Of a stretch of DNA of 31,024 nt, positions 27,499 to 31,024 are shown one piece after another. The notes under the pieces are model-generated. The model was not told the origin of the DNA. It searched no databases and saw nothing but the letters and a program-made list of their open reading frames with translations. The position numbers and the translations under genes are program-made. This DNA comes from Gemmatimonadales bacterium (lineage in GTDB: Bacteria > Gemmatimonadota > Gemmatimonadetes > Gemmatimonadales > GWC2-71-9). Positions within the stretch are counted from its first letter, which is position 1. The number at the start of each line of letters is the position of its first letter. The stretch lies in NCBI GenBank assembly GCA_038321865.1, contig JBBQFH010000034.1, forward strand, positions 1 to 31,024. The letters run 5' to 3'.

Positions 27499-29490
27499 AT
27501 GAACGAGTGGGGGTTCGCTTCAGAGGTGAGTAAGTGGTGGGACGATGAATGCGCTCGCCATCCCGAGTGGCGGCTCTCGAGTGTGCGCGTCGAGGAGGTC
27601 GTGCCCGGGACTCGACTTCGCAGCGACTTGCTCGTGTTGGGCGATCGACCAGTGCTCTGCGGCGAGCTGCGGCTGCCGGACCATCCGCAATCCGCACCGT
27701 GGGACATCATTAACCTTCAAGATGCGGTGAATAAAGCGATCTCGCGAGGCAGCCGTTGGGCATTCACGTCGGACGCGAACGTTTTGCTTCTAATCGACGT
27801 GCAACGGGAAGGCCCGATCATAACGCGGATCGTCCACCAAGTTGAGCTCGAGCACTTCGAACGCCGCACGGAACTTGATTCGGCAGTCTTCCTGGAACGC
27901 ATTCAGGCGAGTTGGCGGGCGGCGTTGCAGGACATCGCCCCAATCGTCACAGGGTTGGCGCGTGCTCCGGGGATGGCTCCGGACGAGTTGTTTATCAACG
28001 CCATGCGGGCGCTCCTCAGTGCGCCGGCGTCTGCCATTCGCGACGCCATCAATCAGCGTCGCATTGCCGATCGCGGTTTCGAGCAATCGCTGGTGGAGTG
28101 GATGGTGGATGACCAGGGATGGGCGCATGACCCGGCGAAGTGGGAGTCCGAGATTCTGCTCGCGGCGCGGCTCACCACATATGTTTTCGCCACGCGCCTT
28201 CTCTTCTACGAAGCCCTTCGACGGTCGCAACCGCTTCTCAGGCGGCTCGACCTGCCGGCAGGGGCGCCGGCCTCGGTCGGCGCCGCTACGCTCGGTGCGT
28301 ATTTTCAGGATGCTCGGGATCAGTCGGGCGATTACGCGACACTGTTCGTATGGGACCGCGTATCCGAATACGCCATGGTGTCGGATGCGTCGGCTCACCT
28401 GTGGGCGCGAGTCATTCAGCACATCGGAGATTTCGACGTCAGCAGGATAGGATACGACATCCTGGGACGGCTGTTCGAGCGGCTAATCGAGCCGAGCGAG
28501 CGCTACAGATGGGGGCAACACTACACGATGCCGGACGTCGTGGACTTGATGCTGAGTTTTGCAATTCCCGATGGCGGAGGAGCAGTCCTTGACCCCGCCG
28601 TTGGTGGCGGGACGTTCCTTGTGCGCGCGTACGTGCGAAAGGTTGTTTTGACTCCCGGGCGAACGCATCAAGAGCTCTTGTCCGAACTCTATGGCATCGA
28701 TGTCTCGGGGTTCGCTGCCACCATAGCCACAGTCAACCTCGCAGTGCGCCAGCTCGACTTTACCGACAACTACCCACGTGTCGCACCGCGAAGCTTCTTT
28801 CGAGTCGAGCCAGGTGTGGCCGTGCTTCAGATTCCCGGTCCGCCTAACGTATCACTCAGCGGCCGAGCCTTGCATCCGGTCAGCATCGAACGCGTACAGG
28901 CAGTTGTTACGAACCCCCCGTACATCCGTCTGCATGAGTTGGGCGAGGAACGACAGCGGGAGGCCAAACGCGTGCTGAACCGCACCGGCGGCGTCACAAC
29001 CCCGCGCTCGCTCCATGGTCTTTCGAACTACCACGTCTACTTCTGGCTGCACGGGGCGCAGTTTCTGAAGCCCGGCGGGCGACTCGCCCTAATCACGGCC
29101 GGCGAGTGGATGGACAGCGATTACGGCGCCGGGCTCCAGGAATGGCTCTTGAATCATTTCTGTATCGAGGCATGCATCGAGAGCGCGAAGGAGGCGTGGT
29201 TTTCTGAGGCGCGCGTCGGGACGGTGGTCACAATTGCGCGGCTCTGCCCGGACGAGGCAGAGCGACTGGCGCACCAGGTGCGGTTCGTGTGGCTCCGGCG
29301 GACGCTTCGTGAGCTGTACGGTGGCGTTTCATCAGATGGTGAAGATCCCAGTCATATTATGGCCGTCGATGCGCTGCGAGATCGGCTCCTCGCCCTCACC
29401 GGAGAGGGTGAGGGCGCGGACTTCAATTGGAGCGTCGTCTCGCAACGCCAGCTGCTGGCGCTCGGGTCGCGCCTGATGACGGCGGTCTGA
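27499..29490 (+). CDS. Type IIG/Eco57I-like restriction-modification protein: nuclease-like N-terminus + N6-adenine methyltransferase
   Basis: GQHYT.P.VVDLM, VLDPAVGGGTFLV (motif I), LYGIDV, VVTNPPY (motif IV), LKPGGRLALIT, F.EARVGT; N-terminal R-S-D...G-E-L-R-LP. Confidence 0.9.
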   Translation: MNEWGFASEVSKWWDDECARHPEWRLSSVRVEEVVPGTRLRSDLLVLGDRPVLCGELRLPDHPQSAPWDIINLQDAVNKAISRGSRWAFTSDANVLLLIDVQREGPIITRIVHQVELEHFERRTELDSAVFLERIQASWRAALQDIAPIVTGLARAPGMAPDELFINAMRALLSAPASAIRDAINQRRIADRGFEQSLVEWMVDDQGWAHDPAKWESEILLAARLTTYVFATRLLFYEALRRSQPLLRRLDLPAGAPASVGAATLGAYFQDARDQSGDYATLFVWDRVSEYAMVSDASAHLWARVIQHIGDFDVSRIGYDILGRLFERLIEPSERYRWGQHYTMPDVVDLMLSFAIPDGGGAVLDPAVGGGTFLVRAYVRKVVLTPGRTHQELLSELYGIDVSGFAATIATVNLAVRQLDFTDNYPRVAPRSFFRVEPGVAVLQIPGPPNVSLSGRALHPVSIERVQAVVTNPPYIRLHELGEERQREAKRVLNRTGGVTTPRSLHGLSNYHVYFWLHGAQFLKPGGRLALITAGEWMDSDYGAGLQEWLLNHFCIEACIESAKEAWFSEARVGTVVTIARLCPDEAERLAHQVRFVWLRRTLRELYGGVSSDGEDPSHIMAVDALRDRLLALTGEGEGADFNWSVVSQRQLLALGSRLMTAV

Positions 29491-31024
29491 TGGCCGACGA
29501 GGAACCAGCGATGGTTTATGTCGGCGCGACTTGGCGGTCGCGTTTCTTGCGCGCGCCGAAGATTGGACTCGCACTCGCGACTGAGCCAGATTTTGTTCCA
29601 CTCGCGGCGCTGGCGACTGCACGCCTTGGCCTGAAGACGGGTAAGGATGAGTTCTTTTTCCTCTCGCGGAGGGTCGAAGAAGCGGCGCATGCCGAGCACT
29701 CTCTGAGTCTGGTTCGCCGCCGCAAGGTCACGAAGGTGACGGGCATGGATCGATGGTCGGGCGAGCTCGCGAGTCAGGACCTCAGACCTGCCGCGCTGAA
29801 CCCGCACGAGCTATTCGCCCAGCATGGACGTCGATTTGCTATTCCGGAGCTGACGCCTTCGTTGTACCTCTATCCCGGGCCGGGCGGACTCAGAGCAGAC
29901 CTTGGGACGTACATCGAACTTGCAGAGCGTGCTGGTGTGCCGCGCGGAAAGCTGGTGGCGAGTAACGGGAGTGAGGATGCATGGTACCGTCAGGTTCGAG
30001 CGGTCGTGTCCAGCCCATGGGCGCTACCGTATAACTCCGCGTACGACTATGGCGCGTGGGACAACCGGGTTGGCGCCGTACTCAATGGTCGTTTCGTAGG
30101 ATTAGACCCGCTCCCCGCGGTGGATTCGGACCTGCTCGGGGCAGTCTTGAACAGTACTTTCGCGATCATTGGCAGGCTTGTCGAAGGGACGGCTACGGGC
30201 GTCGAGGCGGCGCTGGACGTTGGCCCGCCCGCTGTCCGCCGCATACGCGTTCCCGACGTTCGATTGTTGAAAGGTGAGGCGGTAGCGGACATCCGCGAAG
30301 TGCTCGCCGAGATGCGCCGGGCGGATTCCATGCCGCCGGCCCCTTCCCGCACCCTCGATGTCTCGGATGAACGGCGGCGACTCGATCTGGCGCTGCTTCG
30401 CGGGCTTGGCCGGACCGCCGGGCAGGCTAGCGTGCTCGTTGGCAGAATGTACGAGAGTTATGCTCGTTGGCGAGCCGACGTCGAAGACGTTGAGCAGTTG
30501 ATGCGACAGAATCGTCGCCAAATGCAGCGATCGGGGCAGTCGCGCACGACACGCCCGGCGGATCGCGTTGGGCGCCGTGTCTGGGAAGAATTGCAGGCTT
30601 CTGTGGCCCTCTTTCCCTCTGCGCTTCTGACGCCTGCAGACGCGGTGGACGTGGTGACGTTCTCCAAGCCGCTAGAGATATCTGCGTCCGAACCCCTATT
30701 TGATGCCGGAATGATCCCCGTGCATGGGGGTCGGCCGATCGATCTAGGCTCGTTCGAGCGCGTGCGCTATGTTGGCATGCTTCGACAGCTCGGGTTCGAG
30801 TCCCCGCTCGCGGTGCCGCGAGACGCGACACGAGCAGGCGCGATGGTTGACAGGTTCGAGCAGGAAAGACGCCGTTTTGTCGGCGAGGCCAAACGCCGCG
30901 TCGCCGCGTACATGAGCGATCCCGATGCCAGCAAGGACGCTGTGAACGCCGCAGAGCGTCACTGGCTCACCGCGTGTCGGGCCGCGGGGTCGCATGCCGC
31001 TGATATCGTTCGAGCACCAGCGGC
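29490..31024 (+). CDS. Target-recognition (specificity) portion of the type IIG-like RM enzyme as a separate ORF; open to the window edge (>=511 codons)
   Basis: Manual translation with no stop: MADEEPAMVYVGATWRSRFLRAP...LGLKTGKDEFFFL...YIELAE...WYRQ...LLGAVLNSTFA...ALDV...IRVPD...RRRLDLALLRGLG; TGATG overlap with the upstream gene. Confidence 0.85.
   Translation, partial: MADEEPAMVYVGATWRSRFLRAPKIGLALATEPDFVPLAALATARLGLKTGKDEFFFLSRRVEEAAHAEHSLSLVRRRKVTKVTGMDRWSGELASQDLRPAALNPHELFAQHGRRFAIPELTPSLYLYPGPGGLRADLGTYIELAERAGVPRGKLVASNGSEDAWYRQVRAVVSSPWALPYNSAYDYGAWDNRVGAVLNGRFVGLDPLPAVDSDLLGAVLNSTFAIIGRLVEGTATGVEAALDVGPPAVRRIRVPDVRLLKGEAVADIREVLAEMRRADSMPPAPSRTLDVSDERRRLDLALLRGLGRTAGQASVLVGRMYESYARWRADVEDVEQLMRQNRRQMQRSGQSRTTRPADRVGRRVWEELQASVALFPSALLTPADAVDVVTFSKPLEISASEPLFDAGMIPVHGGRPIDLGSFERVRYVGMLRQLGFESPLAVPRDATRAGAMVDRFEQERRRFVGEAKRRVAAYMSDPDASKDAVNAAERHWLTACRAAGSHAADIVRAPA

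Larger units (their letters stand above)
20098..31024. mobile_element. comM-integrated serine-recombinase element (prophage-like, satellite or IME) carrying defence cargo; right end outside the window
   Basis: Truncated comM, large serine recombinase, HTH Rep with iterons, HNH, excisionase-like HTHs, divergent Xre regulator, lower-GC defence genes. Confidence 0.9.

Noticed and set aside
30791..30806. GGGTTCGAGTCCC resembling a tRNA T-arm or tRNA-derived att site
   Set aside because: Lies in-frame within the long TRD ORF; no acceptor stem, D-arm or CCA; the element uses comM, not a tRNA.

Overview
High-GC bacterial chromosomal window; gene content suggests Gemmatimonadota, which is an inference. 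Positions 1 to ~19.6 kb look like host backbone. A minus-strand run carries a creatininase-like gene, an exported protein, tolC, an RND adaptor, an ABC ATPase, two MacB-type permeases, bshB1, a cysteine desulfurase, mnmA and an S9 peptidase (partial). Next come a very large membrane histidine kinase and a four-gene proteolysis operon (small membrane protein, HExxH protein, FtsH paralog, S41 protease). At ~20.1 kb comM is broken at its NLAPA motif by an integrated element that runs off the right edge. The element's left arm encodes a large serine recombinase whose stop codon lies in host comM DNA, a candidate directionality factor, an HTH replication initiator with five internal GTCAC-N8-GTGAC-type iterons, an HNH nuclease, two excisionase-like HTH proteins, a tandem pair of unknown paralogs and an intergenic run of back-to-back hairpins. 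The divergent right arm is an Xre-HTH, DprA, Zn-ribbon PRTase (ShosTA-like pair) and a type IIG-like restriction-modification enzyme split into nuclease-methylase and target-recognition ORFs. The last ORF is missing from the supplied ORF track because it is open to the window edge.
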